From NCBI RefSeq assembly GCF_001194135.2, contig NC_068991.1:18188190-18252189 (forward strand): a DNA stretch of 64,000 nt. The letters are read 5' to 3'. Below, piece by piece: positions 39,722 through 50,713 of this stretch (positions are counted from its first letter, which is position 1; each line of letters opens with the position of its first letter). Source of the DNA: Octopus bimaculoides. Its lineage: Eukaryota. The translations under genes and the position numbers were made by a program. The notes under the pieces were generated by a model. It did no database searches. It saw only the letters and a program-made list of their open reading frames with translations, and had not been told where the DNA came from.

Positions 39722-39830
39722 CAAGGCACCTGATGAAGGCTGGAGGGTACATCAGCCGAAATGTGTTAACAACAAACAAGATGAGGACAAATATCCGTCA
39801 AATGTAAATAATGTACAAAATATCTCAGTT
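39722..39830 (+). mobile_element. Penelope-like terminal fragment with a hammerhead-like motif
   Basis: gcac-CTGATGA-a-ggctg gagggtacat cagcc-GAAA-tgtg: intact CUGAUGA, 5-bp stem II, GAAA; the stem III/GUH segment is missing. Confidence 0.5.
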
Positions 39831-40371
39831 ACACAAACATAAACAGAATTACTATTTAACCTTAAAATACATTGTATATATTCAAAGAACCTTAATGTAC
39901 AAATTGAAATGCAAAAGAACGAAATGATAAATGGATTTATGAATGAAAGTTTGGTAATTGCGTTTATTTCCACCACGTGACACTTATTATTGCAAACACG
40001 TTTTAACTAACCTAAACTATACACACACACAAAAACATTCATATATATATGTCTCGAGTTGTAGCTGTAATTCAAAGGAGCCATCCTTGTCATATTCTGT
40101 GTGAGGCTGAATCTCCCTGAGAACTACGTAAATGTTATGCATGTTTGTGGAGTACTCAGCCATTTGTGAGTTAATTTTATCCTCGTGTGGTAATGAAAAG
40201 TGAAACTGACATCCAGTATTTGCTGTGTGTATGCATCTATGTATGAACCTTTCTTTGGATTCATGTATTTACTGTCTCTCACTTTCTCTTAAGTGATGAG
40301 GTATTTTTGGAATAATCAAAAAACATGCAGACAAATGTATAACCAAAACTGCAGGACTTACAAGTATACTG

Positions 40372-40680
40372 GCACTCCATCAGTTACAACAAGGAGGGTC
40401 CCAGTTGATCCGAACAACAGAACAACCTGCTCATAAAATTAACATGCAAGTGACTGAGCATTCGACAGACATGCACGTCCTTAATGTAGTTCTCAGGGAG
40501 ATTCAGCGTGACACAATGTGACAAAACTGGCCCTTTGAATGACAGGTGCATGAAGACAACTCATTTTTGTCAGCTGAGTGGACTGGAACAACAAGAAATA
40601 AAGCGTCTTCCTCAAGGAAACAACATGTGGCCGGGTGGCGTGAGTCAAATACTCTAACCACTAAGCCATGCACCTTCACG
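40372..40680 (-). mobile_element. SINE family C'
   Basis: tggcactccatcagttacaacaaggagggtcccagttgatcc (C tail)...ctcatttttgtcagctgagtggactggaacaac (core)...ctaaccactaagccatgcaccttcac (head). Confidence 0.8.
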
Positions 40681-41214
40681 TTTTAATATAATGAGTATAA
40701 TATTTAGAAACAAATAAGAATGACATACAGGAAACAACACTGTTGCACTACACACATTTTATGTAGAGAACTTTCAATACAATAAAAATAACAATACCAA
40801 AACAAAACACTGCTTATACCCAAGGCACATGGTGCTGCACTCAGTGGTGCACTGACAGCACACAATAAAAAGGACAACTACTGAATAGTAAATAAATGCA
40901 TAATGAAAAGTAAGGACAACGCACTTATTTGAACACTATCAAAAAGATAACGTTTGCAGAGAGAATTTCAGCAAGAGGGTGTGCGTGTGTGTGTGCGCAT
41001 ACGCACGCATGCATGCTTTACTATAACGTAAGTCTTCTCAAAATATTACTCCGAAATTCTCATTTCCAATCGCCATAGATTGGAAATAAAATACCTGTAA
41101 TGTGAAATTCAGCATCTAATAGGAAAATAATATGTACTGAGTGATCTGTTTTCTGTTTTTTTGTTAACACTTATGTACTTGCGTGTGTGTGTGTGTGTGT
41201 GTGTATACATACAT

Positions 41215-41515
41215 ACATTCATCCTTTAACATCTGTTTTCCATGCTGGCGTGGGTTGGATGGTTTGACCAGAGCTGGTAAGCTGCACCAGGTTTCAGTCT
41301 AATTTGGCTTGGTTTCAACAGCTGGATGCCCTTCCTAACACTAACCACTTTACAGTGTGTGCTGGGTGATTTTAATGTGCCACCAGCACAAGTGCTTTTT
41401 ACATGGCACCAGCACAGGACTCTTGGAGGCCAATCCTCTCCACCAGAGGATCGACCTTAACACTTCTGCTGTGGAGGATGGGTCTTCTTGAGTTCAGCAA
41501 GATGTCAGGTCTCTC
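41215..41515 (-). mobile_element. RTE-3'-type fragment (family D)
   Basis: tttaacatctgttttccatgctggcgtgggttggatggtttgac...agctggatgcccttcctaacactaaccactttacag. Confidence 0.75.
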
Positions 41516-41550
41516 TGATCACACACACACACATACATATTATTTGATAG

Positions 41551-41728
41551 TATTTAATAAACACAATATATGTTTTTATGTACTACTATTAGTTTCATAT
41601 GCTGAGAACATGTCAAACATTGTTTTATAACAAGTCACGTATCCTAGCACAATCATAAAACAATGTTTGGCATGTTCTCAGCACATGAAACTAATAGTAG
41701 CGCATAAAAACATTGTGTTTATTAAATA
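41551..41728. mobile_element. TA-flanked foldback MITE
   Basis: Arms of about 75 bp (tatttaataaacacaat...gctgagaacatgtcaaacattgttttat and the inverse) differing by about 4 substitutions and one 4-nt indel; 26-nt spacer. Confidence 0.8.
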
Positions 41729-41799
41729 ATATTTATCTCTCACCAGATAAAGTGCTTTTTTTGTTGATCTTACCATCACAGAACAGTACACTATGTGTA

Positions 41800-41852
<53 letters not shown>

Positions 41853-42239
41853 TTAAACATGCACATAGACATACACAGGTATGTTGTGTGCATGTGTATT
41901 TATATTAACTGGCAGATATGGAACACTTATCAGCTTTTACAAGTTTAATGCATAATTACAAAATAGTTAATACAGATTCTCAGGTTAAGCATGCTACAAG
42001 TATTTGCATTAAACTTGCAGAAGCTGATGAAGTGAATTATTCACTGAATTACTACACAGAAACTCATGTCTGCTTTAGTTTTCTCTTTGCCATGCTTCAA
42101 AGAAGGTATGGATCTTCTTCAGTATTGCATGTTGCTAATCATTATGTCCCTCATCATCATTTTGTGTGGCATAGCATCTGAAATCAATCTTCAGCACTCC
42201 AGCTCAGATTTTCCTGAGGCACAGTTCACTTTGAGCACT

Positions 42240-42395
42240 TGGCACTTTTTATTCGGCTGTCATTGTCCGTGTTGACTTTGCCTTTCATCCTTTCGGGGTT
42301 GATAAATTAAGTACTAGTCAAGCGCTGGGAAGTCGATGTATTCGACTAGCCCTCACCCCAAATTTCAGGCCTTGTGCCTGTAGTAGAAAGGATTA
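42240..42395 (+). mobile_element. SINE family B, 3' part
   Basis: gttgactttgcctttcatcctttcggggttgataaattaagtact...aatttcaggccttgtgcctgtagtagaaaggatta. Confidence 0.8.
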
Positions 42396-42799
42396 TCTAT
42401 CTGTGTGTTTACTGTAGTCTTTGAACCTGATGGATTCTGTCAAATCTTCCAACCTATGACAGCATGATACATGGGCATTAAAAGGTGAAAGAGATAATGG
42501 TGTGTGTACATATATAAAATGTACATGTGTGTGTGCACACTAACATTCAATATCCAACAGAACATGCTAGCTACATTTTTCCAGTCTTAAGTCCTCTTCA
42601 TTCAAGGTGCATGGCTAAGTACAATGCAGCACTGCAGTTCTAACACAAGCATCATACAATCTACCCTTCACTCTGAGGGAAAATACCTTTATTGTCAATA
42701 GTAATGGTAGCCCTGAACTTTATCCAACCTGTCTATATCATGGCTATTACGCTTTCAGAGTATAATTTTGTCTCCTAGGTAACAAAAGCTGTCAACTAA

Positions 42800-43860
42800 T
42801 AGTGAGTCATCTGGGTGTTTAAAAGAATCTATTTTCAGTGTGCTCATAATACATACTGCTCCTGTACATCAATCACATATAAAGCTTACACTCTCTGTTA
42901 GTCTGCCTCTGATTCCACAACACCATCCATGTCTTCATAGCTTACATGGAGTACAGCATATAGAGTTTATCCCCATGATTTTCCTGCATAACAAGCAAGC
43001 CATTTCCTGAAGATATCAGGGTCATCTTTCTTATTTACTAAAATCTTGAAGCTTCTTGATTTTTGATTTAGCTTTGGTACCCAGAATTTCCTTTCTAATT
43101 TCACTATAGATTCGGTTATGAGAACCAGATCATAGGCTTATAGGAGTTCCCATGGAAAGCGTATGTGATGGCCTGTAGGACTATGATCAATAGAAAAGGG
43201 TTGGGGAATGAGCTGTGATAGATTCCTCCCTTCAAGCTAAATTTGTCACTGAAATCATTGGTAAGCCTACTTTACTCACTGCATTTTTATATACACTTAC
43301 TCTTTTACTTGTTTCAGTCATTTGACTGCGGCCATGCTGGAGCACCGCCTTTCAGTCGAGCAAATCAACCCCAGGACTTATTTTTTGTAAGTCTAGTACT
43401 TATTCTATCATTCTCTTTTGCCGAACCGCTAAGTTACGGGGACGTAAACACACCAGCATCGGTTGTCAAGCGATGTTAGGGGGACAAGCACAGACACACA
43501 AACATACACACACACACACGTATATATACATATACATATATACGACGGGCTTTTTTCAGTTTCCGCCTACCAAATCCACTCACAATGCTTTGGTTGGCCC
43601 GAGGCTATAGTAGAAGACACTTGCTCAAGGTGCCATGCAGTGGGACTGAACCCGGAACCATGTGGTTGGTAATCATGCTACTTACCACACAGCCACTCCT
43701 GCGCCTTCACAAACCATTCATCTCCATCATCTAATTTCATTAGTGACCACTGAATAACTGAACAAATTACCATAAAAAAAAAAACCTTCTCCAAGTCAAC
43801 GAATGCTAAGATTAATGGTTTACTCTTAACCAAATATTTTTCCTTCAGGAATACTGCATG
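42800..43860 (-). pseudogene. RTE LINE reverse-transcriptase region, degenerate, split by SINE A
   Basis: Minus strand reads EKYLVKSKPLILAFVDLEKVF...WSLMKL..DEWFVKA, then [SINE A], then YKNAVSKV...NDFSDKFSLKGGIYHSSFPNPFLLIIVLQAIT...PWELL..DLVLITES, collinear with RTE RT motifs (AFVDLEKAFD, QGSVLSP, YADD). Confidence 0.8.
43297..43702 (-). mobile_element. SINE family A, full length, nested in RTE
   Basis: Reverse complement of the copy at 11564, from gcaggagtggctgtgtggtaag to aagtaaaagagtaa. Confidence 0.92.
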
Positions 43861-43954
43861 TGTGTCTGTATATGAAGTGAAACTGCATCTCATGTAGGTC
43901 TACTCCGTCATGGTTCAATTACGCTTTCACTCTCTCCACACACATATAAGAATA

Positions 43955-44200
43955 AGAATCTTTTAATGTCTATCTTCCATGCTTGCATGACTTAGATGGA
44001 ATTTATTTGAGCAGATTTTCTACAGCCAGATGTCTTTCATGTTGACAACCTTCAAGCAAATATATTTCTCCATGGCCCCATGACCAGATTTCATGGAAGA
44101 TTAGAAACAAAGGACACCACTTGTATGATGGTCACACTCATTCACATCCATCATGCAATGTCAAGACAAGGAGACAGAGACACACGCACGCACACCCATG
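43955..44200 (-). mobile_element. SINE family G tail
   Basis: tttaatgtctatcttccatgcttgcatgac...ttttctacagccagatgtc...atatatttctccatggcc...atgcaatgtcaagacaagg; homologous to 19430-19632. Confidence 0.65.
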
Positions 44201-45204
44201 TACATATGTGTATATATACACATATATACACACTTATACGCTATATATAGTAAACGTGCGTGAGAGAGATTATGAAAAACACTACAGAATATAACAATAT
44301 GTATGTATGTACGTAAGTACGTACATGATTAGGCAAAACAATTATATATTTATGTACAGAGAGAGGCAGACAGAAATACAGAGAAGGGAAGGGAGATAAG
44401 GTTGTGTGTGCGTGTGTGTGTGTGTCCTCACTGACTGATATCCTCCCACGACTTCTGTTTTCTCATATAACTCATAACCCCCTTTTAAAATGCATATTTT
44501 AAAATATTTTGCAGAAATACGTTTTCGTGAGTGTAGAGTAATATATTGATGTTACGCAAATTTAGATCTGTTAAAAACAAAAAAATGAAAAATGCTGGAG
44601 TTACGGATAGTGATAGAAACGAAGTCGGAGAGGGATGGAAATCGATCTAAAACTCTTCCCGAAATAATCCGAAATAATCATTGTTTCTAAATTTTATCAA
44701 CAAAATTGTAATCTACATTCTTGAAAACGTAATTATTCAAAATGTTGAATAAAAATACGCATTTTTCTTCAGAAAGTTATGGGAGAAACAAAATCTTGAG
44801 AGAGGGAACACCAGTCTGTATTTATACGACTTTCGTTTCCTTTTAAATTTCTAAAAAAATACATATTTTAAAATGAAATTTTCTACAGATATCATTCAGA
44901 TGGCATAGATTACGATTACATTGGAATTTAATGTGGAAAAAATACTGGTGGGCGCGCGCACATCACATATATATCTACAAAATGAAACTTGAAATTTACA
45001 AAAAAAATATTTGATGTGTCAATGTGCATGTGTGCACGCTGAACATCCCCCCCCCCTTTTTTGCACATTAAATTCCAATATAATTGCAATCACACCAACA
45101 GAAAGATATTCGTAGAAAGTTTTCTGAAAGCTATGAGGAAACAAAGTCAGTAGGGTACACCTATGTAGAGCGACAGAGATAGATAGATTGATAGATAGAT
45201 AAAA

Positions 45205-45395
45205 GGGTGGTGGATTATAAGAATCGTTGGAGAGTCGGATAAAATGGCTTGCATTATTTCTTCTGGTTGTTACGGTATGGGTTCGAATCGCGCTGAAGTC
45301 ACACCCTTTAATAAAATAAAATGCCAACCAAATATTGGAGTCAACTTATTCCTACTGTCAAAACTGCTGGCCTTGTGCCTAAATAAGAAATCACG
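45205..45395 (+). mobile_element. SINE family B, diverged, CpG-retaining
   Basis: gaatcgttggagagtcggataaaatgg...ggttcgaatcgcgctgaagtc...aaactgctggccttgtgcctaaataagaaat. Confidence 0.6.
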
Positions 45396-45439
45396 ATATA
45401 TATATATATATATATATATATATCGTGATTTCTTATTTA
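45380..45439. repeat. Perfect 60-bp palindrome centred on (AT)14
   Basis: TAAATAAGAAATCACG-(AT)14-CGTGATTTCTTATTTA. Confidence 0.95.
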
Positions 45440-45587
45440 TCGTCGGTAAATCATAAATCCGAAAAATAGAAGCACACACATATATATATATACGCAGAAT
45501 ACTATGTATTTAATTACATATATTACATATTAATACATATAATATATTTATGACAGATATGGATGGAAAAATGATAAAAATATCTAG

Positions 45588-45636
<49 letters not shown>

Positions 45637-47542
45637 AAAACTGATTCAAGCGTAAATATTATATTTACAAGGCATCTACGTATTGATATTGACAATTACC
45701 TGATTATAATGGATCAGCTAGACGAAGAAGAAACATCAAGCGTGATGATATTCCACATATGACATTGGCACCAACGGTAAAGTTGGTGATTCACGTTAAA
45801 CAGGATGCTTCCTGAAGAAGTCTCGTCACCACAATATCAGTTGTCGTGATTAGATGTAGGTTATAGCTTCAAAGTAAAATGTATGTTGATGTATGTGTGT
45901 ACGTATATAAATATATATGTGTATATATATATTTATATATGTGTTTTTTGCAAAAAGCTTTAAAGGATGTTAATTTTTTACGGTTTTTTGTCCGTTTTTC
46001 GTATTTATTTCACGCCACTACTCTTAGATTTTGGTGGGCGGTGTCACATAAAATGTTTCCCTGTAAGTTTCATTGTCTGCGACTGTACTTGTTTTCATGG
46101 TTTAATTTTAACAAAAAAAATTAAACCATGATAAAAGACATACTATATGTGAATACGTTTAATTTTCTTCTAGCTAGCTATAAGCTTAAGCTGATGTTGG
46201 AAGAGTGAAATCATATTTAATCTCAAAATTATATATTCAATTTTTCTGCTACACTAAGTGTGACTCTGACTTAATTTTAAGGTATACTTTTCGACTGTAC
46301 ACCGGTTATGGCTAAGAATGAATGTATTTGTGTTTGCGCACTTTTATACATGTGCACGTATGTGTGCGTGTGTATAAGCCCACACACACACATACATATA
46401 TGTATGAGTAGACGAAGAAGAAATAAATTCAATGAGTAACTGGAAATTTATTTACGGATAAGCTTCCGATAAGTACGTTGGAGGCAAATAGACTTACTGT
46501 GTGTGTGTATGGTGGGGGTGGAGTAATCGATATGTGTGTAAAAGGTAATGTGCATTGTAATATGTGATATTGGAGTAGGGAAAGGCGAGGTTAGGCATAA
46601 AAGTAGTGTAAGGTCGATGGTTCTGGTTCAGAAATCTCGATGCGTTAATGGATTTTCCATTTTATAAACACAAACACACATGCGCTCGCCAAGAAGCACG
46701 CTCTCGTAGGTGCGTGATTGAGAAAATGAAATATGTTTACTTACAGAGAAATTTGCTGTTCTCATTCAATGTGCGCTCATGAGATAGGAGTTCCTGAATG
46801 AGATTTTAATTTTATTGAGAATGATGGTGCTGTTTAACCTCAACTCGAAACTGAATAGAGCTCCATATCTTTTTTTTTTCTTTGTTTTTAAAGATATCTT
46901 GTTTCCAGTACTAGATTTTCCGATATATTTTCCCTTCTTTGAAACAGTAGGGAGACTTGGGAGCGATTGCAGATCGTATGACTGCACTGAGTTGCGATTT
47001 ACTGTTAGTTCGTAAAACGAATATTTAATAAGTGAAATCTGTTACGCATAGGACATTAATGAAATGAAATTTGTTGTTCAATGTATGAAATGTGTGATCA
47101 ATTTATTAAATTGATAATTTAGGAAATGAAAACTGCTCTATGAATTCAAGGAGTGAAAAGAATTGTGTGATCATAATATGTTTTTTAAAATGTGTAGCCA
47201 TAAGAAGTGTGATAAAGGAAGAAAAAGATGATGAAATGTGTCTTAAAGAAATTAAAATCTGTTGTTCATGAACTAAAGTTGTTTTTGTTTTTTTAGTTTA
47301 TTTTTATTTTTTTCCTTGAAAAGTGTGATCATTAAATATATTCTCAGAAAATGAAGCCTGTTGTGTGAGCCTTAAAATATACTACCCAACATATACGATA
47401 ATAAAATTAATAGTTTATAAAACATCTGTTGTCTCTGTTCATGATTTGCTGTTTTTTAATTGAATGTTTTCAATATAACAAAAAACAAGTTTCTGTGGTC
47501 ATCAAATATGTTTATTTAAAACAAAATCTGTTGAGAATTTGG

Positions 47543-47760
47543 ATCATCATCATCATCAGTATCATTTTACGCCTACTTTTTCATGCTTGTATAGGTCAGA
47601 CGAAATTTGTTGATACAAATTCTCTATGGTCGGGTGCCGTTCATGTCACCAACCCTCACCTGTTTCCAAACAGAGTAATATTTTCCCATAGCCAGACATT
47701 TTTGACAGAAGACTGGAAACGAATAACCGTCACATGATGTGAAGTCAAGGACACACACAC
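47543..47760 (-). mobile_element. SINE family G tail
   Basis: (ATC)n, ttttacgcctactttttcatgcttgtataggtcagacg...accaaccctcacctgtttccaaac...tcacatgatgtgaagtcaaggacacacac. Confidence 0.75.
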
Positions 47761-47761
47761 G

Positions 47762-48110
47762 TGAACACCATTTTGAGCGTGGCCGTTGCCAGTACCGCCT
47801 GACTGGCCTTCGTAGGATTTTTGAGCGAGATCGTTGCCAGTGCCTCTGGACTGGCTCCTGTGCAGGTGGCACATAAAATACACCATCTTGAGCGTGGCCG
47901 TTGCCAGTACCGCCTGACTGGCCTTCGTGCGGGTGACACGTAAAAGCACCCACTACACTCTCTGAGTGGTTGGCGTTAGGAAGGGCATCCAGCCGTAGAA
48001 ACTCTGCCAAATTAGATTGGAGCCTGGTGTAGCCATCTGGTTTCACCAGTCCTCAGTCAAATCGTCCAACCCATGCTAGCATGGAAAGCAGACGTTAAAC
48101 GATGATGATG
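47762..48110 (+). mobile_element. RTE LINE 3' UTR fragment (family D) with internal tandem repeats
   Basis: The 3' 180 bp are nearly identical to the reverse complement of 18410-18590; cacca..ttgagcgtggccgttgccagtaccgcctgactggccttcgt occurs twice; (GAT)n tail. Confidence 0.9.
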
Positions 48111-48258
48111 TGTGTGTGTGTGTGGAGAGAGAAAGGGAGCAAGCTGACTTCTGATGCAGAGGTGCCACCCTGGATGAAGAGGCAGAAGTTGTTCCCATCC
48201 ATTTGAGCACTACTCTGTGTTATCTATACTAGGCTTAGTTTGCTTTCACCTGCTCATA

Positions 48259-48676
48259 TATTGGGTCATCCCATAAATAATGTGTTTTTTTCCCAAATGC
48301 CTGAATAAAAGTTGGAGGGGAACAGGGTAACTATCTGCATCAACTTGCTATAAAAGCAGGGAGTAATTTTACCTCTTAGTGCAAGTTTTGAAGAGTGCAG
48401 TTCGATTTTAACAGTTATTTCTTCAAAGTTATAATGGAAATGACAAAGGACCATATTCAGCATATTTTACTTTAGGAGTTCAATAAAGGCAACAATGCAA
48501 TGGAAAATGCGAGTATTATTAATGCAGTATATGGGGATCAGACAATAAGCATAAGCCAGTGTCAACAGTGATTCCAAAAATTCCGAGCTGGAAATTACAG
48601 CCTAGAAGACCAGCCTCATCATGAAAGATCTGTAGAGCTCGACAAGGACATTCTGCAAACCCTGGGGGAACAAAAT
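48259..48676 (+). pseudogene. Mariner (Mos1/SETMAR-type) transposon, 5' fragment
   Basis: TA|ttgggtcatcccataaataatg TIR-like start; from the ATG at 48434, MEMTKDHIQHILL*EFNKGNNAMENASIINAVYGDQTISISQCQQ*FQKFRAGNYSLEDQPHHERSVELD, the mariner N-terminal HTH pattern (VYG...WF.KF..G..SLED). Confidence 0.85.
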
Positions 48677-48798
48677 ATGAATGAGAAAGGAAGTGATGAT
48701 AGATGAATAAGGAAGGAAGGGGTGATGGCAAACTGGTAGTGGGAGCGTTTCAACTCCCTGTGCATATATGTGTGTGTATGTAAAAGAGAGGGATGTGA

Positions 48799-48867
<69 letters not shown>

Positions 48868-49119
48868 CGTGCGCACGTGTGTGTGTGCATGTAATGGAAG
48901 TGGAATGGTGAATATTCAACGCTGAAAAGAAAAATCAAACAGTGTTTCAACTCTGTGAATATATGTGTGTATGTGTGTGTGTGTGTACAAGGGAAGTATG
49001 TGAATTTTTGTTTGTGTGAACAAGCGTTCTTTCAGTAACAAATGATGATTAATTACATATCTCGAAAGACAACCACGAGATAACATTGACAAGTGTATTA
49101 ATTTGATTTAGCATCCATA

Positions 49120-49175
49120 TCTATATATAAAATACTACAATTAGTGGGCATTTTTGGTGGCCCGGGGCCAGCTAG
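49120..49175 (+). mobile_element. Miniature non-autonomous Helitron-like element, 56 bp
   Basis: A|TCTATATATAAAA 5' end; GC hairpin tggcccggggcca; 3' end CTAG|T; inserted between A and T with no TSD. Confidence 0.55.
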
Positions 49176-49714
49176 TATTATTATAAACAACACAAACATT
49201 TTGTAATTTAATAGCTTTTAATGTGATACCTGTTAAACAGAAATTATTTTTGTTTAATGAAAATTTAATAAAATCTAATCATAAGTAAGTGAAATTATGC
49301 TAAATACAACTAAATTGAAAACCTTTTTCCCCTGACCGTATCAGCAATTCTGAAAACTTTTAGGTGCAAATTTTACATGAGTAGAAGCTTTTTTTAACAA
49401 ATTTTATCCTGAAAATCACCTGCATAAATTACACAGGTGCACAAATTACATGGGTTTTTACAGTATTTAGTGAGGAGAGAGAACTAAAGACCAAGACTTC
49501 TGAAGGCCTGTTTGGGACAAGTAAGACTGATGCAGAGGCATAGAAAGAAAGGAAGCAAGAGAATCAGAGATCAGTCACCACTGGGCACAGGCATGATGTG
49601 GCTCAAAATTTCCTCTGGACTATTATGCTTGTTAATTACAATGGGGGCACCAAATGTGTTTTTTCCCGAGGGTGCTGAGAAGAACCTCGTTATGCTTTTA
49701 ATTATAGCATCCAC

Positions 49715-50100
49715 CAAAGCAGTGAACTGGCAGAATTGTTAACACACCAGCCTAAATACTTAGCAGCATTTCATCCGTCTCTACATTCTGAGTTCAAATT
49801 CCTCCAAGGTCATCTTTGCCTCTTGTTGTGTCGACGCCCCCAGGCGAAGAAGTAGGATCTCCCAAGACATACAAATAGAGGTAGTCTGGCCGTGGTAGGA
49901 GTGTTGAGTAGCAGTCGAGTAGCAGTTGTGTAGCGGTTGAGTAGAGATCATCCGAAGGTGCTAGATAGCAGTAGCTTGAGACATAACACCTCTCATCCTT
50001 TCAGGGTCAATAAAATAAATACCAGTTGAGCCCTAGGATCAATGTAATCAATGTAAGCCCTGCCCTGCACTTGCTGGCCTTATACTAAAATTTGAAATCA
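49715..50100 (+). mobile_element. SINE family B interrupted by a 165-bp LTR-like insertion
   Basis: gaactggcagaattgtt...gagttcaaattcctccaaggtcatctttgcctct [insert] cctctcatcctttcagggtcaataaaat...ctggccttatactaaaatttgaaa. Confidence 0.85.
49824..49988. mobile_element. 165-bp solo-LTR-like element with a 5-bp TSD (CCTCT)
   Basis: CCTCT|TGTTGTGTC...GACATAACA|CCTCT; 8/9-bp inverted termini; removing it restores the SINE B core. Confidence 0.8.
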
Positions 50101-50388
50101 ACTATAGCACTCACCATAAACAACACTATATTGCTATTTAGATATGTCTTGAAGACAGATGTTTACATACTTGTGGAGGGAAAGATAAATATTTTTGTAA
50201 GCTGGGACAAAATTAATGTGGAAAAAAAAATCTCATCTCTTCTGTTAAGGTGAACCTCTAGATAGTTACAAATAACAGCCAAATTTGAGTTATTACAAAT
50301 ATCAGCCAAATCTCCCTCAAATTACACTACACTGTCTTATATAAAGAAAGGAATTGTTAAATAATGTAGACCTATATCCTCCTCTTTG

Positions 50389-50713
50389 GGTGGAGGCGCA
50401 ATGGCCCAGTGGTTAGGGCAGCGGACTCGCAGTCATAGGATCGTGGTTTCGATTCCCAAACCGGGCGTTGTGAGTGTTTATTGAGCGAAAACATCTAAAG
50501 CTCCACGAGGCTCCAGCAGTGGATGGTGGCGAACCCTGCTGCACTCTTTCACCACAACTTTCTCTCACTCTTTCTTCCTGTTTCTGTTGTGCGTGTAATT
50601 CAAAGGTTCAGCCTTGTCACACTGTGTCACGCTGAATATCCCCAAGAACAACGTTAAGGGTACATGTGTCTGTGGATTGCTGAGCCACTTGCACGTTAAT
50701 TTCACGAGCAGGC
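50389..50713 (+). mobile_element. SINE family C (3' end lost in a gap), inserted in an E repeat
   Basis: ggtggaggcgcaatggcccagtggttagggcagcggactcgc...cacgttaatttcacgagcaggc. Confidence 0.9.

Noticed and set aside
45700-45779. Peptide GSARRRRNIKRD resembling a furin site, followed by a donor-like acg|gtaaag
   Set aside because: There is an in-frame stop just upstream and no polypyrimidine acceptor.
50389-50465. tRNA-like sequences (also at 15770, 59840 and 61408)
   Set aside because: They have A and B boxes but continue into SINE bodies and lack a proper cloverleaf or acceptor stem, so they are SINE heads and not tRNA genes.
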